Positions 44,300 to 57,400 of a DNA stretch of 64,000 nt are shown piece after piece (the stretch's first letter is position 1; each line of letters starts with the position of its first letter). Under the pieces are notes generated by a model, which saw nothing but the letters and a program-made list of their open reading frames with translations, had not been told where the DNA came from and ran no database searches. The stretch is from Octopus vulgaris (taxonomy: Eukaryota): the NCBI GenBank assembly GCA_951406725.2, contig OX597817.1, forward strand, positions 82,832,001 through 82,896,000, read 5' to 3'. Both the position numbers and the translations under genes were made by a program.

Positions 44300-44395
<96 letters not shown>

Positions 44396-45039
44396 ATGTA
44401 TGGATGGATGGATTGATATATGCATGTGTGTCTGTATGCAGGTATGTACTCACAGATTTGTTATCCCTGGTATCACTCCTTCATATTCAACCTATGAACG
44501 TTTCAGTCCTCCCTCTTATAATTAAAATAGTTGGAAGTGATAGAAAGATGATTTAGTTCCTATGTCTAGCTATTACACCTAGTTTTCTCTCATAGACACA
44601 AGCACGTATACACATAAGACAGTAGAATATGATTTGAAGGAGAAATGGTTATTATTTCTACCACTTATGACTATCTCATTTGATTGTAGGATTGTAGCAG
44701 AAATGTTTGGCTGCTTTTTCTGCCATGTCTACCGACTACGCAGAGCTTATCTTCTTCGGCTCATACACTTATTCACACATTAAAAAATATATGTTCATAC
44801 ACGCATACAAAAGCATACACACGTAAGTATGTGTATGCATTTACATGTGTGTGGTGGTGTGTATATATGTATGTGTGTATGTGTGCATGTGTATATGTAT
44901 GTATGCCTGCATGGGTGTGTGTGTGTGTGTAAATAAAGGCACGTGGCATAGTAGACAGTGTTAGAGAAACAAAATGTTTTCTTGCTGCTCGAGGTAGTAT
45001 TAGAAGTGTCAGTAAAAGAGGTTGATGAGAATGACGAGA

Positions 45040-45134
45040 CGACGACGACGGTATCGAGATGATGAAGATCATGATTATGATCATGACGGTCATGATTGTG
45101 GTGGTGGTGGTGATGATGATGATGGTGATGATGA

Positions 45135-45186
<52 letters not shown>

Positions 45187-45200
45187 GATGCTGATGATGA
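45040..45200. repeat. Compound trinucleotide microsatellite (GAT/GGT/GCT)
   Basis: Direct inspection; source of the poly-H/Q/D ORFs. Confidence 0.9.
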
Positions 45201-46100
45201 GTATATGAATTTGGTTGCCTTATCTGATCTATGTATGTGGTGATAGTGTACACGAGGGGATGTTTTGTATCAGTAGTAGATACAGTGACACTCACGAGGT
45301 CACTGAGGATAACATTAATTAGTTTTTTGCTTCCGTTGTTCATTTTCTTTTTCTTCTGATGCTGCACAGTACCAGGAAAGAATATTTAATGAAGTTTTTC
45401 CACCTGTTTATTTTCTATATTTTCTTTTTTAAAAAATGCTTTATTAAGGAGATGAAAGATTTCCGAAATTTACTTTCGTTTCTTTTCAAATTTTCTCACT
45501 GCATGGTTATTGAAAAGTGAGATTATCTGGATTATTTTAGCACCAACTTTACTGTCAATTGGTTCGTATGTACAGTTAGAAACCAGAACATCAATTTTTT
45601 TCACTTTCTAACATATATTTGTATTACCGTAATTATAATCTTAAGGTTTTCTTCCTGAAATTATGAAGAGGTTTTAAGTTTTCTTTTGGTTCAAAACAGA
45701 CAAAAACCAATTGCTTTCGAATCCCGTTTGAAGTACTTTAAAGGAGAGGTCGAACATATCACAGTTAATAATTATGTATTTTGTATTGTTAAAAACTACC
45801 AAAGCATTTGAAGTGCAATTGTTTTTGAGAGATGCGTAAGTATTCAATATATTCATAAACATACGTATATATATATGGGCAATATTCATTCCCACTTAAA
45901 AGTAGATGTTGTGTAAGAACACGGCATACTGCGATATTTACTGTAAGGAAACCTCTTGTATGGTCTTTTGATGGATAGAAGCACATCGCTAGCGGCAGAC
46001 GAGCAGCCATCAGCACCAAACTTAACATTTCATGTGATTTAGGGCTTCTCTGACCTTATCAATGGTAGACGCTCAACTGCTGGAGACAACAGCGATATTT

Positions 46101-46517
46101 GGATCTTTTCGGTTTGAACGGCAGTTTTTAACAAAATTTCTAGGTAACTAAAAAATTTTAAACTCCGTATACTCGTAGAATGTGTTTATAAAACATCTTT
46201 TTCTCTTGGCTTTATTGAGTAAATTCAATAGTTTGTAAGATATTTGTTGTTTTTTCTTCAATTTCTGCAATTTCAACCAATCAATGATGTCCATTGAGGT
46301 AAACAACATTCTGTGCCGTATGAATATGTCCCTCGTTTAAGAAATAGATTGGGTTTATTTACATTTGTGAAGAAAATAAGATCCCCTTCCCCCCACCCCT
46401 AACCCTAACTAGCCTTAACAGATTGAAATGCAATAGATTGATACTAGGGTCATAATTATGGGTGACAACTTCATATGACACCGCTAGAAAAAACTGCACT
46501 TCAAATCGAAAAGATCC
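46101..46517. mobile_element. MITE with ~29-bp TIRs and 8-bp TSD
   Basis: TIRs ggatcttttcggtttgaacggcagttttt / aaaaactgcacttcaaatcgaaaagatcc; TSD cgatattt at 46093-46100 and 46518-46525. Confidence 0.88.
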
Positions 46518-46535
46518 CGATATTTAGCTACCGCA

Positions 46536-46949
46536 ACATCCACTTTTAAGTGAGGATAAATATTACTTTTTGGTACTAATAGTGCTTCTGTCGCTATTAA
46601 ATATGTTTTAGAATGCCCACTGGATATTTGCGACACCAATACCTGATTGGTCGCTGGGATTCTATGTACATCGTTAACTGAGACATCATTGCTATCCCCA
46701 GCAGTCGGTCGTCTACGCCAGACAAGGCCAGAAAAGACCGAAATCACGTGATTTGGTAGTCTGGGTGGTGCTGGCGGCGGTTATTTGTCTACCGCTAGCG
46801 GTGAAAACAAGAGAGCTTATATCAACCAAAAGACCACACGGGCGGTTCTCGCACGGTAAATATCGCAGTATCCTGTTTTCTAATAAAACATCCACTTTTA
46901 AGTGGGGATAAATATTACCTTTTGGTATTAGTACTGCTTCTGTCCCTAC

Positions 46950-46952
<3 letters not shown>
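46536..46952 (+). mobile_element. 352-nt partial tandem unit with degenerate HHR-like motif
   Basis: 46536-46600 is repeated at 46888-46952; CAGACAA GGCC agaaaa GACC GAAA TCACGTGA TT at 46719-46753; ends at (TA)n. Confidence 0.6.
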
Positions 46953-46995
<43 letters not shown>

Positions 46996-47086
46996 TTCAG
47001 CAAAAATTTAGATTCAAATGAATATGGTACTTAATTTAGATGCACCAGAATTCTGTATGGTGTTATCCATAAAAATCCGTGGGGTG

Positions 47087-47151
<65 letters not shown>

Positions 47152-47589
47152 ACATATACTTAACGTATATGCTTCGTGTATATGCTTCGCGGTGGAGTAT
47201 ATATTCTCACAAAGCGCCGGGTGTTAAAACACCTGTCATAGACAGGCGAGTTACCTCCCATTCAGCATACATACATGCATATACACATATATACATAATA
47301 CATACATATATAGGTGACTTTAAAATATAGCGTCTAAATCTTGTTTTGGGTATGTCTTAAGTAGTGTGCCTTGAGAGCACTTTCACGACTTGCAGCTACC
47401 AGACATCATCCGCGGTACTGTACTTTAGCCACAGAATCGACGTAAGGATTTCATCGGAGCTCTTATAGTATATTTTAAATAATTGAAGGGGAAGACAGAG
47501 CGTACTGAAAGCTTTACTTAGCACGACGATCGTTTCGGCTCATATCTGCACTGCTCCCTAGTGGACAGGGAACGATTTAATTGAATTGA

Positions 47590-48140
47590 ATGAACCCCCA
47601 CCGAAAATATAAAAACCGCACCATACTCTGCTACAACTCCATCTACGGATCGAATATTTCTTCAAGGATTGCTAGGCAGTTCTTTACAGACTTAGACAGG
47701 TGTTTCCCCAAATCACACAAATACCACTCTTTATTTAAGTGGCATATCGTGAAAGTGTCTTACGGCAACGCCTGCAAATTAGGGAAGCATTTGCACCGAA
47801 ACAACAACAGAAAACTAAACAAAGACTTGCACAGCACTAACCAATCTATAGACAATACGGTATAACCGACTACTTATAGGGATCCACAGCACTCCAGAAA
47901 CAACAACACCCAAATCCTAAATAACCACGCGAGCCCGCATAAAAACAGAATAGCGAACAGAAAATGAGATGAGATGAAATTGGCTGGGAATAACTGCTGG
48001 TCACTAACAACCAACGACAAATGCTCGTGTAGGGACAAATTAAGATGCTCGTTGCGTAACATTTGCACGAGTTGTAACCTCGTATACGAATGCCGTGTGT
48101 ACACACCAAGAGGCCCGTATGTGTATATAGATGCAACTCT
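47590..48140 (+). mobile_element. Penelope-like element fragment (RT thumb/linker and start of GIY-YIG), second subgroup
   Basis: FFTDLDRCFPKSHKYHSLF..VKVSY; CSCRDKLRCSLRNIC; LVYECRV...YVYI (GIY-YIG-like). Confidence 0.75.
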
Positions 48141-48289
48141 GTCTTCCCTAACGATTATTTAATATATATATATACAGAGTTGCCCCAAAGTCACCCGACA
48201 GTAAATCAAAATTCCATAAATACTATCTGTAATTCTGCATTGATTTGAATGGAAAAATACTGTGGTTAACCCCGACTCAACCCGGGACC

Positions 48290-48348
<59 letters not shown>

Positions 48349-49344
48349 CAATTCAACCCAGCTATTCAACTGAAAATCCTTCGAAGGTCAGGATTTTTTA
48401 ATCATCAGGAAGTAAAGTTGATTCTGCAAATTGAAATAAGTTTTTCTGCTGTGTGAAGAAACAAATATAAATTAGCTGTGCCTGCAAAAACCTCAAGATT
48501 AGTTTTAAAACTCTACGACAGGTGCAATTGTATTGAAAAACTTATACGGCTATTGTCAGAGACCCGTGAGAAAACTGAATTTTCCTGCTTTGTATACATA
48601 GGTTGATCTCACAAGCTCATATGTTCGGGCAAGCTCATACACACTCACCTAATTACATTCACGCATTCATTGCCTCTATTGCCACACGGACTCATGGCAA
48701 TAAAACACATCAACAATAAACAAAAGCGGTGTAAGAATGACATTAGCATTCTCTTAAATGAGACAGTCGCTTCATGTCTGCATTATATTGCCAAAAGAAC
48801 AGACCAAATATTCAATAACCGATCAGATAAGTAGGTACAGAACAAACTCAAACATTGGATCCTTGCTTAAACCGTAACATGTATTTTCTCTAACTGCAAT
48901 TCAACAACAACAGCAGCAGCAGCAGCAACAACAACAACATCAACAACAACAAGCCTTAACCATTTCTAATAATGTCTCATCTATACTTACTCAAGTTAAA
49001 ACTAGTTCAGTTGGTTTTGTTTAGCCCTGGGTCAGCTTTGAATGAGTAGTTCTATAATTAAAGGTGTACCACCAACGTCGACCATTCTTCAATATAGCAT
49101 AATTGAAGACGTATTAAACTTCTCAATCAAGAGCTCTTCACAGGACAGTTATCCACATCCCTCTTTACTTCCGGATACCACAACGGCCCCATCATCATCA
49201 TTACCATCATGTTCTACTGCTACTACCCTTGCCATAACTAAACAACAACAATAACAACAAAATCAGCAACCACAATCACTACTAAATACTAGCTTAATTG
49301 AGGATGTATTAAAGAACATAGTGTTTGTCTTTTCTCTACAGTCA

Positions 49345-50290
49345 GGATACTCTCCAAACAGATATCAATAGAGAATGGAGTGCCTTAGGGAACTGCATTG
49401 GGGCCGCTGCTGTTCATGGTGACTCTTTCATACGTGCCATCAGTTACACAGACAGCCATACTCACTTGCTATGCCGACGTCACAAAAGTAGTACAAGCAG
49501 TCAAGAAAACTTCTAATGCTAAAATTCCACAGAAAGACCTTGATACCATATACAAATGGGCTGAAGGAAACAATATACAATTTAATGCAGGAAAAATTCC
49601 AAGCCCTCCACTACCAGCTAATTGGTGCTCAGAAGTCGTGACAAAGATACCCTGGACCACAAAGAACGGCAATTCAAGAGCCACGTACAGTGCGTGATCT
49701 AAACAACGACGTCTCGTTTCACATGCATTCCACCAATATGGTGGCAGCGTGCAGGCAGAACTTCAGGCAGTTAAGCGGTATTACACCAGAAATATTGCAT
49801 ATGGAACAACTGAGTTACTGGGAGAAACTGAAAGAGCTACGACTCTACTTCCTGGAACGAAGAGGAGAGGTATTTAGTGATATACGTATTGAAGATCTTG
49901 AAGGGACCATACATTGGTATTTAGATCCACACCGGCACCCGAAATGGACATCACTGCACTGTTCCAAAGGTCCCACCTATCCCGTCTAGAGAGAGGACTA
50001 TGTACTACAATAGCTTGGGATTGAAGGGCCCACAGCCATTTAACGTCTTACCAAAGCATCTGAGGGTTCTTCATGGAGTAGTGGTAAATGTTTTCAAGAA
50101 ACAACTTGACCTCTTGCACTTCAAAGTTCCAGATCAACCAATATCAGACCAGGAGACTCAAAAGAGGGCATCAGTGTTAAACTCCCTCCTTCGCCGAAAG
50201 CCAATTACATAAATTTGGCCATTGAAAGGGTGATTACACCGGCGGTGCTCCAGCATGGCCACAACCTTAGAGCTGAAACATGTAAAAGAT
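49345..50290 (+). mobile_element. 5'-truncated CR1-group LINE, same family as 3500-6210
   Basis: GPLLF, CYADVTK, DLDTIYKWAEGNNIQFN, LSYWEKLKELRLYFLERR, FNVLPKHLR; same 3' tail. Confidence 0.88.
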
Positions 50291-51274
50291 ATACTTGAAT
50301 AAATAAATACAATTTTAAGATTACGGTTTAGATAGCGATACTAATAAGTTGTATACACATATTTAATTTACACACGCTTCAGAATAGAACATTAGGTAAG
50401 TATAAAGCGTAATATGCATTTAAATAAATGACAAAACAATAACTATAAGGTAATACACAAGCACTCACGACTGAGTGCTCTGCATCTTATAGAAGGAACA
50501 GCTATAAGATAATGATATCGATGATGTAGTTCCTCTTCTCTTGCCATGACTTAATTCTATATAAACGCATAAACATACATACATACATGCATGGATACAT
50601 ACATATATACATACATACATACATACGTACACGCTCATATACACATACACACCTATGTATGTATGCATGCAAATATCTATCTCGTTCTGTCTCTCTTTCA
50701 CTTTCTCTCTCGCCCTCTCTCTTTCTCTCCCCCTCTCTCTCTCCACACCCACACCCACACCCACACTCACACACATTCATACACATATATATGCTTGATT
50801 CTGACTACTGTGAGTTGACTTCTGACTCTGCTAGGCCACTGTTTTATGAAGATGATTAAAGATGAAAGAAGTTCATATTTATCCTTCTAGCGTTTTTGTG
50901 ACACCATAAAAAAGTCTGTTTGCATATATTAAATAAAAGATGCTTATATAAATAATCACATAATCTCATACACATATGCACTATGTACGTACGCAATGGT
51001 ACATTCTTCTGTATTTCTAGCTACCTCTTTACCTATCAGTATTTCTTATACAATCTCTATTTCCTGCTATTACTCACGCTTCTCCGTCTGCCTCTCTCAC
51101 TCTACATCTCTCTCTTTCTATATATAAATACACGCACGCATATTTGAAAGGAAAACCTTTTGTCAGGCAATCCGAACCTTGAGGCTTGTGAGTGGTTAAA
51201 TGACACAATGCGGTAATAATTTGGCCAGGTGGTATTGGCTAAGGCAGTCAGGGAAGTTACATATATATATATAT

Positions 51275-51325
<51 letters not shown>

Positions 51326-51328
51326 AAA

Positions 51329-51772
<444 letters not shown>

Positions 51773-51918
51773 AATGTGACAATTATTTGGTAGCAATGAT
51801 AAAACTCGGAGTTTTATCATGGCTACCGAATAATTGTCACATTATGTTTACAGATAAATTCCTCTATTTACATAATATCGAGGTCTCTTTCATTCTTTTG
51901 TTGTCTTACCATTTCTAT

Positions 51919-51921
<3 letters not shown>
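51773..51921 (+). repeat. Short fold-back centred on an HHR stem III-like hairpin
   Basis: aatgtgacaattatt..atgataaaactc-G-gagttttatcat..aataattgtcacatt; 3' extension to (TA)n. Confidence 0.85.
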
Positions 51922-51960
<39 letters not shown>

Positions 51961-52111
51961 TATTAAGGGCATTACTACACGTAAACGCCTCACGCTATAA
52001 GTGACTCTTAAAGTCAAAACTAATTTAATAAAATATACACAGTAAGATTTTTCCATTAACTCGATTTTCACACTCGCTCCTTGATAAATTCTTATATAGA
52101 TGTTATCCTTA

Positions 52112-52725
52112 TATATAAAAGAATTTAAAAAAATGGGACAAGAACGCAACAGGCGACAACAAGACGTCCAGACAGTTAGACAAAAAGGGAGAAAAAAAAA
52201 CAAGGACGGGTCATTCGGAGTTTTCTTTCGTTTGTCAAGTTCCAGATTATCTTTGCAGTTTCGGCTGGTTATACTCGGGACTGCTCTAATCTGGCCATCC
52301 CCAAGGAAAATCTAAGCTAAGAGCTATATTCCTTCCCAAGCCTGTCATCTCTTATGTCCCTGCCGTAAGGCTTCACTTCCTCACACGAAAGTTTCATTTA
52401 ATTCGTCCTTAGGCGAAAGACACCTGTTGTTAATGTCCTGTTGTTTGCATTTCTATTTGTATTTACGTCTTTATTTTGGAATACATTCGCTGCTTTCTTC
52501 CAAGAATTCTATTACACTTAGCTTAAATTTTCCTTGGGACTGGCCAGAATGGAGCAGTCTCGATTATAACCAACCGAAACTGCAAAGATAATCTGGAACT
52601 CGACTGACGAAAGAAAATTCCGAATAACCTGTTCATGTTTTTTCTTGTCCCTTTTTGTATCATCTGTCTGGATGTCTTGTCGCCTGTTGCGTTCTTGTCC
52701 CATTATTTGTATTCTTTTTTATATA
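52112..52725. repeat. Inverted pair of the 27950 repeat family
   Basis: 52112-52322 is the diverged reverse complement of 52517-52725. Confidence 0.85.
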
Positions 52726-52754
52726 TATATAGTGGCGTACGTACACTTTGGTGT

Positions 52755-52799
<45 letters not shown>

Positions 52800-52800
<1 letters not shown>

Positions 52801-52955
52801 GGCACAGGAATGGCTGTGTGGTAAGTAGCTTGCTTCCCAACTACATGGTTCCTGGTTAAGTCCCACTGCATGGCACCTTAGCCAAGTGTTTTCTACTATA
52901 GCCCCGGGCCGACCAAACGCTTGTGAGTGGATTTGGTAGTCGGAAACTGAAAGAA
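52800..52955 (+). mobile_element. SINE family A 5' half
   Basis: aggcacaggaatggctgtgtggtaagtagcttgc... Confidence 0.85.
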
Positions 52956-53389
52956 AGAAAATAGTGGTACAACAAGGCATCAATGTTTGCTGGAAATAGT
53001 AGTCGATAACAGAACGAGTCTATATAAAGCTTCACTAAAAATATATACTGGCAAAGATGTGTGCGAGCAACTAATATAAAAAAATTCGTCTCACCTCTAG
53101 TAGGAACACCAGATAGATGAAAAACATAGAGTGGATAATCTAGTACTCGAGTTTTGGACTTTACAATACAAATTCTGTTTGTCCTCATCAACTAAATTAG
53201 ACTAAATACGATGCCAGAATATTCGGTTGAACGCCGAGCGGTAAATAGAACCGAAATGAGTGAAAAAGTTTAATAAAAAAATTTTTTAAATTGAGGGAAT
53301 ACAATAGTATTATTTTCCTGCTAAGTAGAGCACCGTAAAGGTATAATTACAAATAGAAAGTAGTGATACAACAAGGCACCAATGTTTGC
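52956..53389 (-). mobile_element. 399-nt partial tandem unit carrying a hammerhead
   Basis: tagtg.tacaacaaggca.caatgtttgc at 52962 and 53361; HHR at 53137-53198. Confidence 0.65.
53137..53198 (-). ncRNA. Type I hammerhead, degenerate core
   Basis: Minus strand: AATTTAG TTGATGA GGAC..GTCC AAAA CTCGA GTA^ CTAGATT; 7-bp stem I, palindromic ACTCGAGT, C3U and G12A changes. Confidence 0.65.
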
Positions 53390-53619
53390 CAACAAGGCAA
53401 CCAACAAGGCACCAATATATATATATATAAATGGATGAATGAATTTGTTTACCGTTAACATGGAAAATGCAATAAACAGTTACCAGGGTAGCAAAATTCA
53501 CGCAAGTAACACGGAGGAAGCGAACAATTCAAAGGTAGAAACTCCGGGTTAATGTGCAGCAATTTGTGTAGTATAAGTAAATAAATGGAGTTGAACGCAG
53601 ATGTTATTAAATTATTTTA

Positions 53620-53702
53620 CTTTCGACATATCTTTCAAAGATAACATTAGTTTTATTCCAAAGGAATAAACGGTGTAAAATACAATTTTCTCATCAGGAA
53701 AG
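53620..53702 (-). ncRNA. Type I hammerhead (family of 61142), partly decayed
   Basis: Minus strand: CTTTC CTGATGA GAAAAT..ATCTTT GAAA GATAT GTC^ GAAAG. Confidence 0.6.
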
Positions 53703-54005
53703 AAAGAGAGCCTATCTCAACAACAAGACATTATAACAATTACGATGACTGCATAAATGATAAATAGAACGTTATTAAGTATTTTTAAAAAATCGTTAGT
53801 AGATTCGACGTTAGTAGATTTGACGTCAAATATACTAACGTCGAATCTACTAACGGTTTTAAAAAAATACTTAATAACGTTCTATTTATCATTTATGCAG
53901 TCATCGTAATTGTTATAATGTCTTGTTGTTGAGATAGGCTCTCTTTCTTTCCTGATGAGAAAATTGTATTTTACACCGTTTATTCCTTTGGAATAAAACC
54001 AATGT
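53644..54005. repeat. Near-perfect palindrome, ~180-bp arms, no spacer
   Basis: Centre tttgac|gtcaaa at 53824/53825. Confidence 0.95.
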
Positions 54006-54315
54006 GGATGCGTTGTGTGCGTTAGTAAAACACTTAATTTCACGTTGCTCCAGCCACGCTGGCAAAAATGAGGAATACTATGAAGGGCCAGTGTTCCATG
54101 CGGGTGTGGTATACGCCACAGAATCCAGGTAGCTGACCTTATGGACCTAAGGCCCTGGAAGAAGCTTTGATCCTATTTGATACATACAAACTTACAGGGA
54201 GAGGAGGGATATAGAAAGATGTGGTAAGTTAGAATGATAGACGAATAAGGAAGCGCCTACAAATTCAGAGATTGTAAGTACATATACAAAATGTACATAT
54301 ACGTAAGTACATATG

Positions 54316-54485
<170 letters not shown>

Positions 54486-57400
54486 CATATAGATATTTAT
54501 GTGTGTATACACATATATACATACACACACATACTCACATATATAAATTCGAAAATTGGTAGATGCAGAGAGTTTGTCAGTTAAATATATTATTTGATAG
54601 CTATCATCTTTCATGTTTAGATTTCTTTGTACACATTTTTCAGTTATCGCAATCAATATACTCTTGTGTGTATTTGCAATAACGTGCCTTTTATCAAAAC
54701 ATATTTGGGTTTGATCTTTGAAGATTTGCCAAACGATTCTCCCGATTAAGCTATTAGCGTTTATTTGCATGGCTTAGACCAAAGCTGTTTCTTCCCCTGT
54801 GGTGTAACCACAAAACATAAGAAACAAAACACCCCCTGTTTGTAAACCATATAACGTTACACGTATTCTCTTTAATGCAGGTTTACAAACATTATCTGCA
54901 CAATACATCACAATTTATTAACTGAGTAAGTGTATTTTATTAAAATAATATGACATTGTCGAAAGTGAGAAAACTACTTTCGTTAATCGTGTTGGAGCGT
55001 GTAGAAAAAAATAACTTTCCCAATAATCAGCGAAAATTTCAAAATGTTCGATGTCTACTATATATTAAGGATACATCTCGCATATAGTAGCAACCTTCTT
55101 TGAACATTTTTCTGGAATATCTAAAGAAGGAAACCAATATATTGATTGCAATTAAAAAAAAAGTACTGTGATTTAAGTATCTGGACTTGAATTCTATACT
55201 GAAGGAAATAAATGACATACAGAAAACTCAACTATAACGAAGTCGATATTTTTGAAATTTTTCACTCATCAGTTTTTTTCCAAATTGCACTCAAATGACG
55301 GTTTCATTTTCAAATATTCTAAGAGAATTAGTTACGTTGTGAAATAGAGTCATCAAAATATTTTGTCAATATATTCCTGGTGTATTCTCGGTATAGACTT
55401 CCCAGAGTTGCAATAGAAAAGCCATTATTACTACCATTAACAAATCCAGCCCATTTGTCGTTTGTTAAAGTTTGAACGTTTAATGATGCTCGATGCTATT
55501 CATTTTCATGTTATTTTCCCTCTATATCTTTTCTTTTTAATTTTGTGTTAATGCTTTCACGATTTATCTCTTGGGATCTTTAATCAGTGTTTCTACCTCT
55601 GTGTATAGTAATTATAACCGTTACCTGAAGAAAAGAAGCTGCGTTGAAACGAGAATAAACCAATGATGTCAGAAGCAGCCGTCGAGAGAGTACGGCTTCG
55701 TAACGTATCACTCTTTAGCTAACCGCTTTAGGTGTCTATGTACTTTCAAGCAGACATGGACTCCCTCTCCACCACTCTTCTACTCTTTGACGCAATGATA
55801 CACGTAGGGCGTGATAACTGGGAGAAGAGAATTGCACAAGGATTTGGCTCCTACTAATTTTCAGTTGGGTAAACTGGAGCAATCACCGGCAATCGAACCC
55901 ATGTCATTATGATCGTAAACCGAAATCACTAGCTACTAGGCCATGCAATCTCACTAAACCAAAGATCACAAAATGTGTAAAATACAAAATGTCCAGCAAA
56001 AATCCGTATTTATCCAACCCAAGGTGCACACGCTTAAATATTCCAAAACCTTATATTACTTTTATTTTTCCTTTCTTGTTCAGTCTGTGGCCATATTAGG
56101 GAACCGTCTTCAAGAACTTTAGCCAAACGAATCGACCGTAATACATGTTTCTATAAGCCACTGACTTCTATCGTATTTTGCCCAACCGCTAAGTTACGGG
56201 AACCTAACTGCTTGTCAAGCGGTGGTGGTGGTGGTGGACAAACACCAGTTGTCAAGCGGTGGTGGTGGACAAACACAGATACAAAGACATATAAACACAC
56301 ACACACACACATGCACACACGACAGTCCTTCCATTTCCGTTTGAGTAATATAAACTTCCCTTCATAAGTCCCCAGTGGTTGAAACAATTATTCAGGAGTA
56401 CGTATCATACATAATTCATGAATGCCATGGAAATATATCCGGTGTATCCGGTGGATAAGCAAAGGGCTAATGCAATAAGCACAGTATCCCCAATATGTTC
56501 TAATACATTAACACAGGAATCATTTCTGTGTATGAAGCTTGAAGTGTAATTTCGTGATAAAAGGCAGTAGGCAGCCCCAACTGATAAAAAGTCAGGACTG
56601 AAAAAAAAAACCCTAAGCATTTACATGGTCCATAACCGGGTCCATGAGCCTGGCTAGGCTTTAAAAGAGCGCATTTATTTTATTTTTATTTTATTCTTAG
56701 TGTCAGAAGAAAGTGGAGAAAATATTTTGACTGAAAATTACGATGCAGACTTACCATTCACTTGGTAAGAAGACGTTCATTCTTTTCCTGCCCACGTTTG
56801 TCACGACAATAAGTAACAATTCCACAATCTCTTAATAAGTGTAAATCTTACTAAAAAGTGGTATCTATTTCTCCATTGTATTGACGCTCATGGTCAGTTA
56901 CATGTTATGCATGAGTATACGCCCATGTGCTCATGTAAGTGAGTGCGTGTATGTGTGTGTGTGTGTCTAGCCGTGTAGTATGAATGCGTGTAAGTGTAAA
57001 TATATGTATGTCACATCTCATGAGGCTAAGTTGGTTTTCTTTGATGATATATGGCTTGTCAGGGAATGCATTTATTTAAATAAATGAAATGCTTTTAATT
57101 GAACATATTTGTTCATTTTAATAATATTTTGAACATTGACCCAACGATGTTATTAATGCCATTCATAAAGTAAATTAATATAAAGAATGATAAACATTGT
57201 CTAAATGTTTCAATAAGATCAGTAATACATAACTGTTAAATATTATTTGATGAGTAAACTGTCACGGTCTTCCAAGTTAATTGGTCTATATTTGTCATGA
57301 ATCATTATGAGAAGGAATTGCAGTACGAAATTGAGTGTAATTGCGTTCTTTCAAAATAAACCAATATAATTCCCCAATAATCAAGAGTATTCTAAGTAAA

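Noticed and set aside
44795-45367. 190-aa poly-His/poly-Gln ORF
   Set aside because: It spans trinucleotide and dinucleotide repeats with no domain or splice evidence
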